Of a stretch of 30,022 nucleotides of DNA, positions 20,042 through 28,615 are shown in pieces. A program made the position numbers and the translations under genes. The notes beneath the pieces were generated by a model. The model was given only the letters and a program-made list of their open reading frames with translations, had not been told where the DNA came from and searched no databases. Position 1 is the first letter of the stretch, and every line of letters begins with the position of its first letter. Origin of the DNA: Elainellaceae cyanobacterium (GTDB taxonomy: Bacteria; Cyanobacteriota; Cyanobacteriia; CAZCXK01); the NCBI GenBank assembly GCA_051117555.1, contig JBNPEG010000180.1, forward strand, positions 1 to 30,022, read 5' to 3'.

Positions 20042-20175
20042 TATCAGTAGTTTTAGAGAATGAAAGTCCCCATTCATACCTGACATAATTTCTGCTATCT
20101 TACAGATTTAATTCTGATGATGAAATTTGGTAGCGTAGGATATATTTGTGGATATAAACCTAATAGATCCCTTTT

Positions 20176-22176
20176 ATGAGAAATTTATTTGGAACCATTG
20201 GAAGATTTATTCTTATCGGTTCTGCTGCCTTTGGAATTGCCTCTTATGCAAACTTACGCCATTACGAAAGCTATTGGAATGGTACTATCAGGCGAGTTCA
20301 AACAGTAGACTTCAATATGTTATCTCACATGCTACCCACCAAACTTTCCCAGGCTTTGATTGAAGGTGATGAGCAAGAGATACAACGAACACTCGACAGT
20401 AACTATGGGCTATTCGGTCTGGTTGTTACTGATTGTAAGACAGTCCAACCTGACTGTTTTAACCAGCAAATTCAACGTGTCTCCAACTCTAATCTGCTTT
20501 GGAGAGATTTACTGAATGAAGATAATTTAGCCACTTCTACCTATGACGTGCTAAGAGATCCACCACCACTCTATGCAGAAGGTAGCTATGATAGCTCTCG
20601 CGATCATATTCGTAATGCCACAGGATTGAATAATTCTGGCAGAATCATTGGCCGAGTTTATTACGTGCGAGGAGTTCCACCTACATTCCTAGGCTCCTAT
20701 TTACAGTGGATACTGAGCTGGCCGAAGAGCTTCTTGAGTGACAGCGGTGCGAATAGATACTATGCCCTGACTACTATACTTTTTGGCGCTGGTGGGCTTT
20801 GGACATGGATCTTTGTAGAATCAATCCACTCCAAACACCGGCATCAGGAGCGGCAAGCTAAGGCAAAACAAGAGCAGTTGCAGGCAGAACAGGAAAATCT
20901 CGTATTGGAAGCTCAGATCTTGCGTCAACAGCTTCAAGAAAAATTCACTGAAAATTTACAACTCATTGAGGAACGCAATCAGAATCTAGCTGATTTGCAA
21001 GCTGCCCAGTCTCGACAGCAGAAGCGAGAGTTTGAACTTCAGTCTAGTCTTCAAAATCTACAGAGTCGGCTATCTGCTCAGGATCAAGTAAACTCCAAAG
21101 AAAAGCAGCGACAGATTGAGCTGCAAAATATTATTCAGCAGAAGCAGCGAGAAGCAGAATTACTGCGGGAGAAAATGATTGCTCTACAGGCTCAACAACC
21201 AGAGAAAGAGCAAGAAAGACAGCAGCTTCAGAAAAAAATTGCTGACCTCCAGAGAGAGCAGCAAACCAAGCACAAGCGACTAGAACAACATGTCGCCGAA
21301 TTAGATGAGCTATGGCAAGAATTGAGTATACAATCTGCCGAAAGGGAAGAGAAGGCCAAACTGGCAGAACTGCTATCTCAAGAAGTTGAGGAGGCAAAGC
21401 GCCAGCAGCGCGAAGCGCTTCAGCAAAAAGAGAACCTTCAAAAATCCATTGAGCAACTCTCTCAAGAGAGTCGAAGAGATAAACAAAGGCTGAATGCTCT
21501 GGAGAGCCAAATTAAAGACGGAAAGCAACAAGTAAATGAGCTTAAATCTGTCATTAGCGATGTAAGTCGGAGATCTCTCAATCATTTTGAAAGAGCCATT
21601 ATTCAGGTTTTAGAAGATAGCTCAAAGGTCAAATCTTTGGCTTGGTTAATACTACCTCAACTAGATGTAAGTGAGAGCGGTAGAAATAGCAGCAGCAAGG
21701 TTACCGACTGTGTTTTGATTGGAAAGTCTTTTGTCGTGGTGGTCGAAGCCAAAAACTATCTTGGCAAAATTCAATCATTAGGAGATGTTAAGCGCACTTC
21801 CTGGCAAGTATCTAGCGACGGAAATAAAGGAATGGAGATAGGCAGTTGCTGGGGAAATAATCCTTATCAGCAGGTCGATAGCTACACGAAAAGTGTTATG
21901 AAGATAATCCAGGATAAGCTGCCTTGGAATAAAAATATTACTCATAACAAGGTTTCTTGTTATGGAGTGGTTGTGTTTCCTGATAATGCTGATTTGACAA
22001 TGTTAGACACCGATTTAGGTAGTTATTACAGGATTACAAACTTAAGCAGTTTGCTAGACGTCATTCATAAACTAGAACGTCAAGCGCAGCAACAGTCTCG
22101 GTCAGGTCACAAAAGTTTATCTCCTCAGGAAATAGAGGCATATCTGTGTGGTAAACCTCTGCCAAAGTCGGCTTAA
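20176..22176 (+). CDS. Membrane-anchored coiled-coil protein with C-terminal NERD (PD-(D/E)XK-like) nuclease domain
   Basis: Hydrophobic segments at about aa 9-25 and 195-214, Q/E/K heptads at about aa 220-465, then NHFE...DCVLIGKSFVVVVEAKNYLG...NNPYQQV...GVVVFP typical of NERD. Confidence 0.8.
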   Translation: MRNLFGTIGRFILIGSAAFGIASYANLRHYESYWNGTIRRVQTVDFNMLSHMLPTKLSQALIEGDEQEIQRTLDSNYGLFGLVVTDCKTVQPDCFNQQIQRVSNSNLLWRDLLNEDNLATSTYDVLRDPPPLYAEGSYDSSRDHIRNATGLNNSGRIIGRVYYVRGVPPTFLGSYLQWILSWPKSFLSDSGANRYYALTTILFGAGGLWTWIFVESIHSKHRHQERQAKAKQEQLQAEQENLVLEAQILRQQLQEKFTENLQLIEERNQNLADLQAAQSRQQKREFELQSSLQNLQSRLSAQDQVNSKEKQRQIELQNIIQQKQREAELLREKMIALQAQQPEKEQERQQLQKKIADLQREQQTKHKRLEQHVAELDELWQELSIQSAEREEKAKLAELLSQEVEEAKRQQREALQQKENLQKSIEQLSQESRRDKQRLNALESQIKDGKQQVNELKSVISDVSRRSLNHFERAIIQVLEDSSKVKSLAWLILPQLDVSESGRNSSSKVTDCVLIGKSFVVVVEAKNYLGKIQSLGDVKRTSWQVSSDGNKGMEIGSCWGNNPYQQVDSYTKSVMKIIQDKLPWNKNITHNKVSCYGVVVFPDNADLTMLDTDLGSYYRITNLSSLLDVIHKLERQAQQQSRSGHKSLSPQEIEAYLCGKPLPKSA

Positions 22177-22493
22177 GGATCGGTCGTAGAAAGTTGAGGT
22201 TGAGGTTGAGCTAGCGGTTTTAGTCCGCAACACGAGTATCGAAAAGTATGATGTCTTCTTAAGTGAGGAACTGCTCTGCTGGAATTATGCATCTAGCAAC
22301 CTTGACATTCAAGGCGCATGGCAGACTCTGCACCAAATTATCAAATGACAAGCATAGTTTTTGTCCAAGAGCCAACAAATTAGTAGACTGCTTCTAGCTC
22401 TGATGTTTGTCTTACAGGCAATCAACGCCAAAACCCAACGTCTCTATGAGAAACAACTAACATCATGAGCAAAAAAGCGACAAGCTTCGTTAT

Positions 22494-22527
22494 CGTTGGG
22501 TTTCGCTCTGCTCAACACCAACCTACA
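22494..22527 (-). repeat. GTAG-type REP/SDR-like palindrome
   Basis: Minus strand reads TGTAGGTTGGTGTTGAGCAGAGCGAAACCCAACG. An inverted partial copy AAACCCAACG lies at 22431-22440. Confidence 0.65.
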
Positions 22528-22593
22528 GAATCCTACACTTTTAGGCTGATAGACTCACGCTGATTTCGGCGCTTTGCGATGACGTCCAACCCC

Positions 22594-23601
22594 TTAGATA
22601 GAAACAGCCACCTTCGATAGATTCTCTTCCCACTTACGCGGTGGACTTGCGCGGCGAATATTCCGCCAAATTTGCGTTGCCGCTAAGGTTCCATCCGCAA
22701 CTGCGACCGAGACTTGGTTCACACCTTGCTTCAAGTCGCCTAAGGCAAAAATGCGATCGTGGGTTGTTTTTGCCATATCATCCGTGATCAGATTTTCACC
22801 CTTCCATTCCAGTCCTTGAATCCCCTTCAAGTAGTGATTGTGGTAGATCGATCCCATATTCACTAACCCTGTAGTGGCTTCAACAAGGGTGCCATCAGCA
22901 AGCTCCACCCCGCTCATCTGATGATTTTCTCCTAGGAATCGGGTAATCGGAGCTTCGTAGAGCGGATATCCGTGATCGGCCAGCTTCTGTTTCATCTCAT
23001 TGCCGACGGTGCAAAGTCCATGGGTCAACACTGAAATGTATGGAGTAAACCAGTTCAATACAAATGCTGCATTGATTTGAGATTCCGATCCTGCAATCAA
23101 GACTGCCTTTTGATCCCACATGTCAAACCCATCACAGATCATGCAAACGTGGAGAGTATATCCTGCATAATCATAGACATTTTGCATGTTGTCTAACTGG
23201 GGCAATACATCGATGACTCCAGATGCAGCAATCAGATACTTACTGCGAAAGACTGGATAGATGCTTTCTTTCTTGCCTACTTTTGCTCGTACAGCAAAAG
23301 TTTCGCCCTCATCAACCACATCTTCAACGTACCCGTAGAGGTAGTCTCCTCCCCAGTCCATCACTTGCTTAGCTCCATGGCTCAAGATATTTCGCCCGGG
23401 AGTATCTGGGTCAAATCCTACGTAGTTGCGCAAATCTTGCATCCAGAGCGATCGCCCTCTACCCTTCTCGATCACCAGGCACTTAAGACCATAGCGAGCT
23501 AGATAGATTGCGGCAGAAAGCCCACCCATGCCACCACCCACAACGATGGCATCATAGAGAGTATCGAGGCGTTCGTCGAGATTTTTACTAGAAAGTTTCA
23601 T
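22594..23601 (-). CDS. Thioredoxin-reductase-like flavoprotein, probably DDOR (diflavin-linked disulfide oxidoreductase, Synechocystis Slr0600-like)
   Basis: FAD motif VGGGMGGLSAA, redox CMICDG and RIFALGD. The NADPH glycine motif is degenerate (LIAGSESQINAA). Closely resembles Slr0600 as recalled, not aligned. Confidence 0.85.
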   Translation of the reverse strand: MKLSSKNLDERLDTLYDAIVVGGGMGGLSAAIYLARYGLKCLVIEKGRGRSLWMQDLRNYVGFDPDTPGRNILSHGAKQVMDWGGDYLYGYVEDVVDEGETFAVRAKVGKKESIYPVFRSKYLIAASGVIDVLPQLDNMQNVYDYAGYTLHVCMICDGFDMWDQKAVLIAGSESQINAAFVLNWFTPYISVLTHGLCTVGNEMKQKLADHGYPLYEAPITRFLGENHQMSGVELADGTLVEATTGLVNMGSIYHNHYLKGIQGLEWKGENLITDDMAKTTHDRIFALGDLKQGVNQVSVAVADGTLAATQIWRNIRRASPPRKWEENLSKVAVSI

Positions 23602-23662
23602 TAATAACCTATTTAGATTCCTTCACTGGATGTGGATTCAGGCAAATGGAGTAAGTCGTTAG

Positions 23663-23708
23663 ATAAATGCAAAGAGGGACATTCATCGCAAACCCCCTTT
23701 GCATTTAT
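23663..23708 (-). terminator. Intercistronic stem-loop between prx and ddor (terminator or mRNA stabiliser)
   Basis: 16-bp arms ATAAATGCAAAGAGGG / CCCCCTTTGCATTTAT. The single mismatch becomes a G-U pair in the minus-strand transcript. Confidence 0.65.
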
Positions 23709-23752
23709 TTAACATTTAAGACTATCTCTACCGGAGTTGGAGATGAGGAAAA

Positions 23753-24325
23753 CTAGCCAACGAATGCTAGACGAGGCTCAGAAACACCAGCAGGCTCAGA
23801 ACCTTTCAGGTATGCCAACATGGTGTCAGCATCAGAAACCTCAAATGGATCAGTTGGGCAGTTGTCTCCAAAGTCTGGCTCGACAAAGATTTTCTCAATC
23901 TTGCAATCGTCAACCAACATCGAGTAACGCCAGGAACGCAAGCCAAAGCCGAGATTGGACTTATCAACTAACATTCCCATCTTGCGCGTAAACTCAGCAT
24001 TGCCGTCAGGAAGTAAGAACACATTCTTTGCGCCAATCTGCTTGCCCCACTGAAACATCACAAAGGCGTCATTAACTGACACGCAAACGATCTCGTCGAT
24101 GCCTAGAGCTTTGAACTCATCGTAGAGTTCTTCATATCGAGGCAAGTGGTTAGACGAGCAAGTCGGCGTAAACGCACCCGGTAGCGAGAAGACAATTACC
24201 TTCTTACCACCGAAAATATCTTGAGTTGTCTGGTCTTGCCACCGAAAAGGATTAGGGCCAGGTACGGATTCATCCCGAACGCGGGTCTTGAAAGTTACAT
24301 CGGGTAGACTTTGGATAACGGCCAT
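23753..24325 (-). CDS. Type II peroxiredoxin (Prx5/Redoxin family, Sll1621-like)
   Basis: [45 protein letters not shown] and DPFEVSDA. Confidence 0.95.
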   Translation of the reverse strand: MAVIQSLPDVTFKTRVRDESVPGPNPFRWQDQTTQDIFGGKKVIVFSLPGAFTPTCSSNHLPRYEELYDEFKALGIDEIVCVSVNDAFVMFQWGKQIGAKNVFLLPDGNAEFTRKMGMLVDKSNLGFGLRSWRYSMLVDDCKIEKIFVEPDFGDNCPTDPFEVSDADTMLAYLKGSEPAGVSEPRLAFVG

Positions 24326-24389
24326 ATTTACCTCTCTCGTAATGTGAAATAACTTAGATCGTCTTTACTTCAGTGGCTGCTGCCACATC

Positions 24390-24404
24390 TTAGAATAATT
24401 CTGA
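24390..24404. promoter_or_regulatory. Putative Per box (7-1-7 inverted repeat TTAGAAT-A-ATTCTGA)
   Basis: One mismatch from a perfect 7-1-7 palindrome and close to the TTATAATNATTATAA PerR consensus. Lies between the divergent prx and perR genes. Confidence 0.65.
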
Positions 24405-24589
24405 TTTAGGAATAAATCAAGGGTGAGAATTATTTATTTCTAACTTATTGTATAAATTACGTGTAGTTCTTATTTAAGAATGATAATCTTCTAAGTAAGT
24501 GATAGAGTTAACCATTTGAGCTGCACCAGTCTGAAGCTCTTGCGGCATTATGCAGGGGTGTTCTAATTTAACGTTCGGAGCGAAGTGCT

Positions 24590-25012
24590 ATGCAACAACA
24601 CGCAGATACGACTATCCAAGCGCTGAAGTCTAAGGGGCTGCGGGTAACGCCTCAGCGATTTGCTGTTTATACAAATCTGCTCGCCCGTGCCGATCACCCA
24701 ACAGCAGATGACATCTTGGGTGATCTCAATCAAAATGCCCCAACATCCTCTCAAGCGACAGTCTATAGTTCGCTACAGGCATTGCGCGATGCTGGATTAA
24801 TTCGTGAGGTTTTGCTTGATCACGGTGTCTGCCGCTACGACGCTAATGTGTCACCGCATCACCACTTTCGGTGTACATCGTGTGGCAAAATCGAGGATAT
24901 TGCTTGGGAAGAGTTTCAGGGAGTCGATATCCGAAAGCTACGTTCAGGTCTGAAAGTAGAGGGGTATGAAATTACAGTTCATGGTCTGTGCGATCGCTGT
25001 AATAGTCATTAG
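24590..25012 (+). CDS. perR: Fur-family peroxide-sensing repressor PerR
   Basis: GLRVTPQR, HPTA, ATVYSSL, RYDAN, HHHFRCTSCG and CDRC. Divergent from a type II peroxiredoxin, as in Synechocystis slr1738/sll1621. Confidence 0.85.
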   Translation: MQQHADTTIQALKSKGLRVTPQRFAVYTNLLARADHPTADDILGDLNQNAPTSSQATVYSSLQALRDAGLIREVLLDHGVCRYDANVSPHHHFRCTSCGKIEDIAWEEFQGVDIRKLRSGLKVEGYEITVHGLCDRCNSH

Positions 25013-25304
25013 CTTGAAAAGGGGAAGGAAACCCTACTTGCTACCCATCAGCAGTCGCGAATTTACATTCTCAGCTCATGACTAGCGGCAATCTCCGGTC
25101 GGAAATCTATGTGTTGACTTTGCACGTCTCCATCAAAACCAAACTCTGCGCAATACTCTGATCCCACCCGTTGCTTGACTTGATTCGTATCAATTACTGC
25201 TTGAAATTCTGGTGATAGACTATTTGCAGCAGGACTCACTCACTCTACACGCGTGATTTCGCGTACTCCTACAGCCCTTTCTAGATAAACTCTAATCTTC
25301 AAAA

Positions 25305-25401
25305 CTATAGCGGTATGCACTTGGGTTAAGAACGGTGGTGTAGGGCGAGGCGCGCCCCGCACCACCGTTCCCGTACTTGACGCAATTGCAAATTGCCATA
25401 G
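25305..25401. mobile_element. ~97-bp MITE-like foldback element (TATAGC-ended family), copy 1
   Basis: Outer 26-nt imperfect inverted repeats (19/26) enclose the inner hairpin GAACGGTGGTG...CACCACCGTTC. Confidence 0.6.
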
Positions 25402-25501
25402 GTTTAAATTGCTGTGAAATTGAATAAAGAAGAAAAAAGTTTTTTCACTGTCCGTTTTACACGTTACGATTCAACTAAATTGATCATGAAACACACATGC
25501 C

Positions 25502-26047
25502 ATGCTAACTGAATTCCAAAAGCGCAAACTCATCAAGCTATTCAGCATGTATGACACAACACATAACGGTTCGCTAGCACATCAAGACTTTGAAAAAATC
25601 GCCAAGCGAATCATTGATCTACGGAACTGGTCACGACGCTCTCCACGGTGTCAAATCCTATCAAATAAGTATGAATATAAGTGGAAACGTTTGCTTACAA
25701 AAGCTGATAAAGCCCACGACCAAGAAATCAACTTAGAGGAATGGTATGCCTATCACGATTTAGTGTTGAATGATGGAGCCCTCTATGAAGAAGAAATCGA
25801 ATCTCTTATGAGGATTGTGATTGATGCATTAGACACGGATGAGGATGGAAAGATCAACCAGCATGATTGGGGCAATTTCTTAAGCGTTTATAGTGTTTCA
25901 CCTGTATATGCACAGCTTGTGTTTTCTAAAATTGATGGCGATCAAAAGGGATTGCTAAGTCGAGACGAAATTCTAAAGCTTATTTTTGAGTTCTATCATG
26001 GCAACGAGTCAGATAGTCAAGCCAATTTTATGTTTGGTCCCTATTAG
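25502..26047 (+). CDS. Four-EF-hand calcium-binding protein (calerythrin/SCP-like)
   Basis: Loops DTTHNGSLAHQD, DKAHDQEINLEE, DTDEDGKINQHD and DGDQKGLLSRDE. Ends in FMFGPY. Confidence 0.88.
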   Translation: MLTEFQKRKLIKLFSMYDTTHNGSLAHQDFEKIAKRIIDLRNWSRRSPRCQILSNKYEYKWKRLLTKADKAHDQEINLEEWYAYHDLVLNDGALYEEEIESLMRIVIDALDTDEDGKINQHDWGNFLSVYSVSPVYAQLVFSKIDGDQKGLLSRDEILKLIFEFYHGNESDSQANFMFGPY

Positions 26048-26096
26048 GGTGACTCAATTTATGGCTTTGATTATGACTATCGATGGCAGCAACGGC

Positions 26097-26132
26097 ATCT
26101 AACTTCGTGGGATCTAACTTCGTGGGATCTAA
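26097..26132. repeat. 15-bp tandem repeat x2.4 (ATCTAACTTCGTGGG)
   Basis: Exact units at 26097 and 26112 plus a partial ATCTAA at 26127. Confidence 0.95.
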
Positions 26133-26305
26133 GGATACAGAATTTTACCTCTGCACCTTTAAACATCGTTTGTGACTGACGGGATGACTATATTCCCGAC
26201 GATTGCAGCTCACTAGATGCAATTTAAATTTCGATCATAGCGGGATTTGCATCATCGTTGGCGATCGCCCAGACCAACCCTACCAAGGAACATTAAAAGA
26301 TTAGC

Positions 26306-27202
26306 ATGAGAGGCAATTCTCAAAACCAATTGAAGCTGTCTCAACTGCGAATCTTAGTCAGCGTTGCTGAATACGGAAATTTCAGTGAGGCAGCCCTAAG
26401 GCTTGAGATGTCTCAGTCAGCCGTGAGTCATGCGATCGCCACCCTTGAAGACCATCTGGGGATCGTCCTTGTTCATCGAGGGCGACGGGGTGCCCGCTTG
26501 ACTCCCGTTGGAGAACGCATTGCCGACCATGCGCGTGAAATGATTCGTCATGCTGATGAGATCGAAAGAGAGGCTCAACTTGCCAAAGGGCTCACCAAAG
26601 GACAGATTCGGATTGCCTCGTTTCGTAGCGTAGCAACGCAGATTTTACCCGCTGTGATTGCGAAATTCCATCAGCGATTTCCCGCGATCGCGGTGAGCCT
26701 AGACGAATATGACGACTATCCCCATATAGAGCAAGCTCTCCACGACGGGAGAGATGATATCGGCTTTACATTTATGCCGGTTGGCAAAGGGCTAGACGGG
26801 TGGGAAATCTATCGTGATGAATTTATAGCGTTGTTACCCGACACGGTTAAGCTCGCTGGTTCTCAACTTACCTGGGACGAACTAGCCAATCAACCCATGA
26901 TTATGCCGCCGATCAACGATGTAATGATGCGTCGAGTTTATATGCATCTCCATTCGCACGGATGTCGGCCCACTATTGCTTACGAAGTAGAAACAGACTC
27001 CACTATTGTCAGCTTGGTATCTCAAGGATTGGGAGCAACAATCCTACCCAGATTGGCGGCTGAGCCAATTCCAGCGAATGTTAAGACGTATAGCCTACCA
27101 GATCCTCTAGAGAGGATTATCGGCGTGGCGGTGTTAGCGCACGCAATGCATCCCCCTCCTGTCTATGCATTTTTAGACATTCTCAAAGAAATTAACATCT
27201 AA
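26306..27202 (+). CDS. LysR-family transcriptional regulator
   Basis: HTH FSEAALRLEMSQSAVSHAIATLEDHLG, RGARLTPVG, and substrate-binding domain with LVSQGLGATILP. Confidence 0.95.
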   Translation: MRGNSQNQLKLSQLRILVSVAEYGNFSEAALRLEMSQSAVSHAIATLEDHLGIVLVHRGRRGARLTPVGERIADHAREMIRHADEIEREAQLAKGLTKGQIRIASFRSVATQILPAVIAKFHQRFPAIAVSLDEYDDYPHIEQALHDGRDDIGFTFMPVGKGLDGWEIYRDEFIALLPDTVKLAGSQLTWDELANQPMIMPPINDVMMRRVYMHLHSHGCRPTIAYEVETDSTIVSLVSQGLGATILPRLAAEPIPANVKTYSLPDPLERIIGVAVLAHAMHPPPVYAFLDILKEINI

Positions 27203-27292
27203 AATGGGGCGATCGCCAGCCATCAAATCTGATAATCGAAGATTGAATCAGGTATGGTTATGGGTGTGGTTTTTCAAGAGGCTTGAGACACA

Positions 27293-28501
27293 ATGTGCTG
27301 GTGGCGATTTGTCTGTTTATTTATCGTCGGAGTGGTGATGAGTCTAGGCATTGCCTGCTCACGACCCACCCCACAAGTTTCGTCATCTCCTCAGACGACC
27401 GAATCAGAAACTGCGGCGATCGCGGAATCGTCTGAACCTGCAAAACCATTGCCCCCAGAAACCCAAGCCATCATTGACAGCATGGGGGCAGAGGGGCTGT
27501 ATAATCCGCCTCGGGGTGATGTGCGACTGCTGGTGATTAGCGATTTGAATGCGTCGTATGGGTCAACCGATTATGACCCCGACGTGGATAAAGCGATGCA
27601 GCTGATTCCCTTTTGGCAGCCTGATATGGTGGTGTGCAGTGGCGACATGGTGGCAGGGCAAGACCTAACGCTGCCGCCTGAGCAAGTGCGGGCCATGTGG
27701 GCAGGCTTTGACGAGCACGTTGCTGCTCCCCTGAGGGATATGGGGTTGCCCTACGGGTTCACCATCGGCAATCATGATGCCTCCAGCGCACTGGGCGTAA
27801 ATGGCTCCTTTTTGTTTAAGAGCGAGCGAGATCTGGCGTATGAATATTGGGATGATCCCAAGCATGATCCCGGCATTCAGTTCATCGATCGCTACGAATT
27901 CCCCTTCTATTACACCTTTGAATTTGACGACATCTTTTTCCTGGCCTGGGATGGCTCGTCTCACCACATCCCCGATGAAAAGCTCGCGTGGATCGAGAAA
28001 ACCCTAGCCAGTGAACAAGCGCAGCAGGCTAAAATGCGAGTGCTCTTAGGGCATCTTCCCCTATATGCCGTCGCTATCGGGCGCAACGAACCCGCTGAAG
28101 TGATGGAAAATGCTGACCAGTTGCGAGAAATGCTCGAACGCTACGACGTTCATACCTATATCAGCGGTCATCATCATGCCTACTATCCGGCGCACAAGGG
28201 TGACTTGCAACTACTGCATATGGGCATTTTGGGGTCGGGGCCGCGTCCGCTGATTGATAGCAACCTTCCGCCTTGGAAAGCGCTCACCGTCCTCGATATC
28301 GACTTTGATTCTCCCGAGCTTACTACATATACGACCTATGACATCCAAACGCTTCAGCAAATCAAGTATGAACAGCTTCCGCGTTTCCTAACGGGGCACA
28401 ACGGCATGGTGATGCGGCGAGATGTAGACTGGGAAGACCTAGAGCCATTGGAGAAAACCGCGTGTGAACAAAAGCTTGGCAAGGCACTCTGCGGCGCTTA
28501 A
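27293..28501 (+). CDS. Calcineurin-like metallophosphoesterase, predicted lipoprotein
   Basis: Signal peptide with lipobox-like LGIAC. Motifs ISDLN, SGDMV, GNHD, GHLP and SGHHH. Confidence 0.88.
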   Translation: MCWWRFVCLFIVGVVMSLGIACSRPTPQVSSSPQTTESETAAIAESSEPAKPLPPETQAIIDSMGAEGLYNPPRGDVRLLVISDLNASYGSTDYDPDVDKAMQLIPFWQPDMVVCSGDMVAGQDLTLPPEQVRAMWAGFDEHVAAPLRDMGLPYGFTIGNHDASSALGVNGSFLFKSERDLAYEYWDDPKHDPGIQFIDRYEFPFYYTFEFDDIFFLAWDGSSHHIPDEKLAWIEKTLASEQAQQAKMRVLLGHLPLYAVAIGRNEPAEVMENADQLREMLERYDVHTYISGHHHAYYPAHKGDLQLLHMGILGSGPRPLIDSNLPPWKALTVLDIDFDSPELTTYTTYDIQTLQQIKYEQLPRFLTGHNGMVMRRDVDWEDLEPLEKTACEQKLGKALCGA

Positions 28502-28615
28502 CTGGGCACTTATTGGTGATCAATTTGGATAGTTGCGATAGAGGCGTGTTTGCGCAGGCGATCGCCCCTAATGAGTTGTCTCTATTTCCTAGCAATAAGT
28601 TGGTGTAGTAATCCC

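Noticed and set aside
19973..20175. Frameshifted continuation of addA
   Set aside because: All three forward frames stop by 20041, and no motif V/VI or nuclease sequence appears later in the window.
19973..22430. IS element or prophage as the inserted unit
   Set aside because: No transposase, integrase, terminal inverted repeats, att-like repeats or phage genes were seen.
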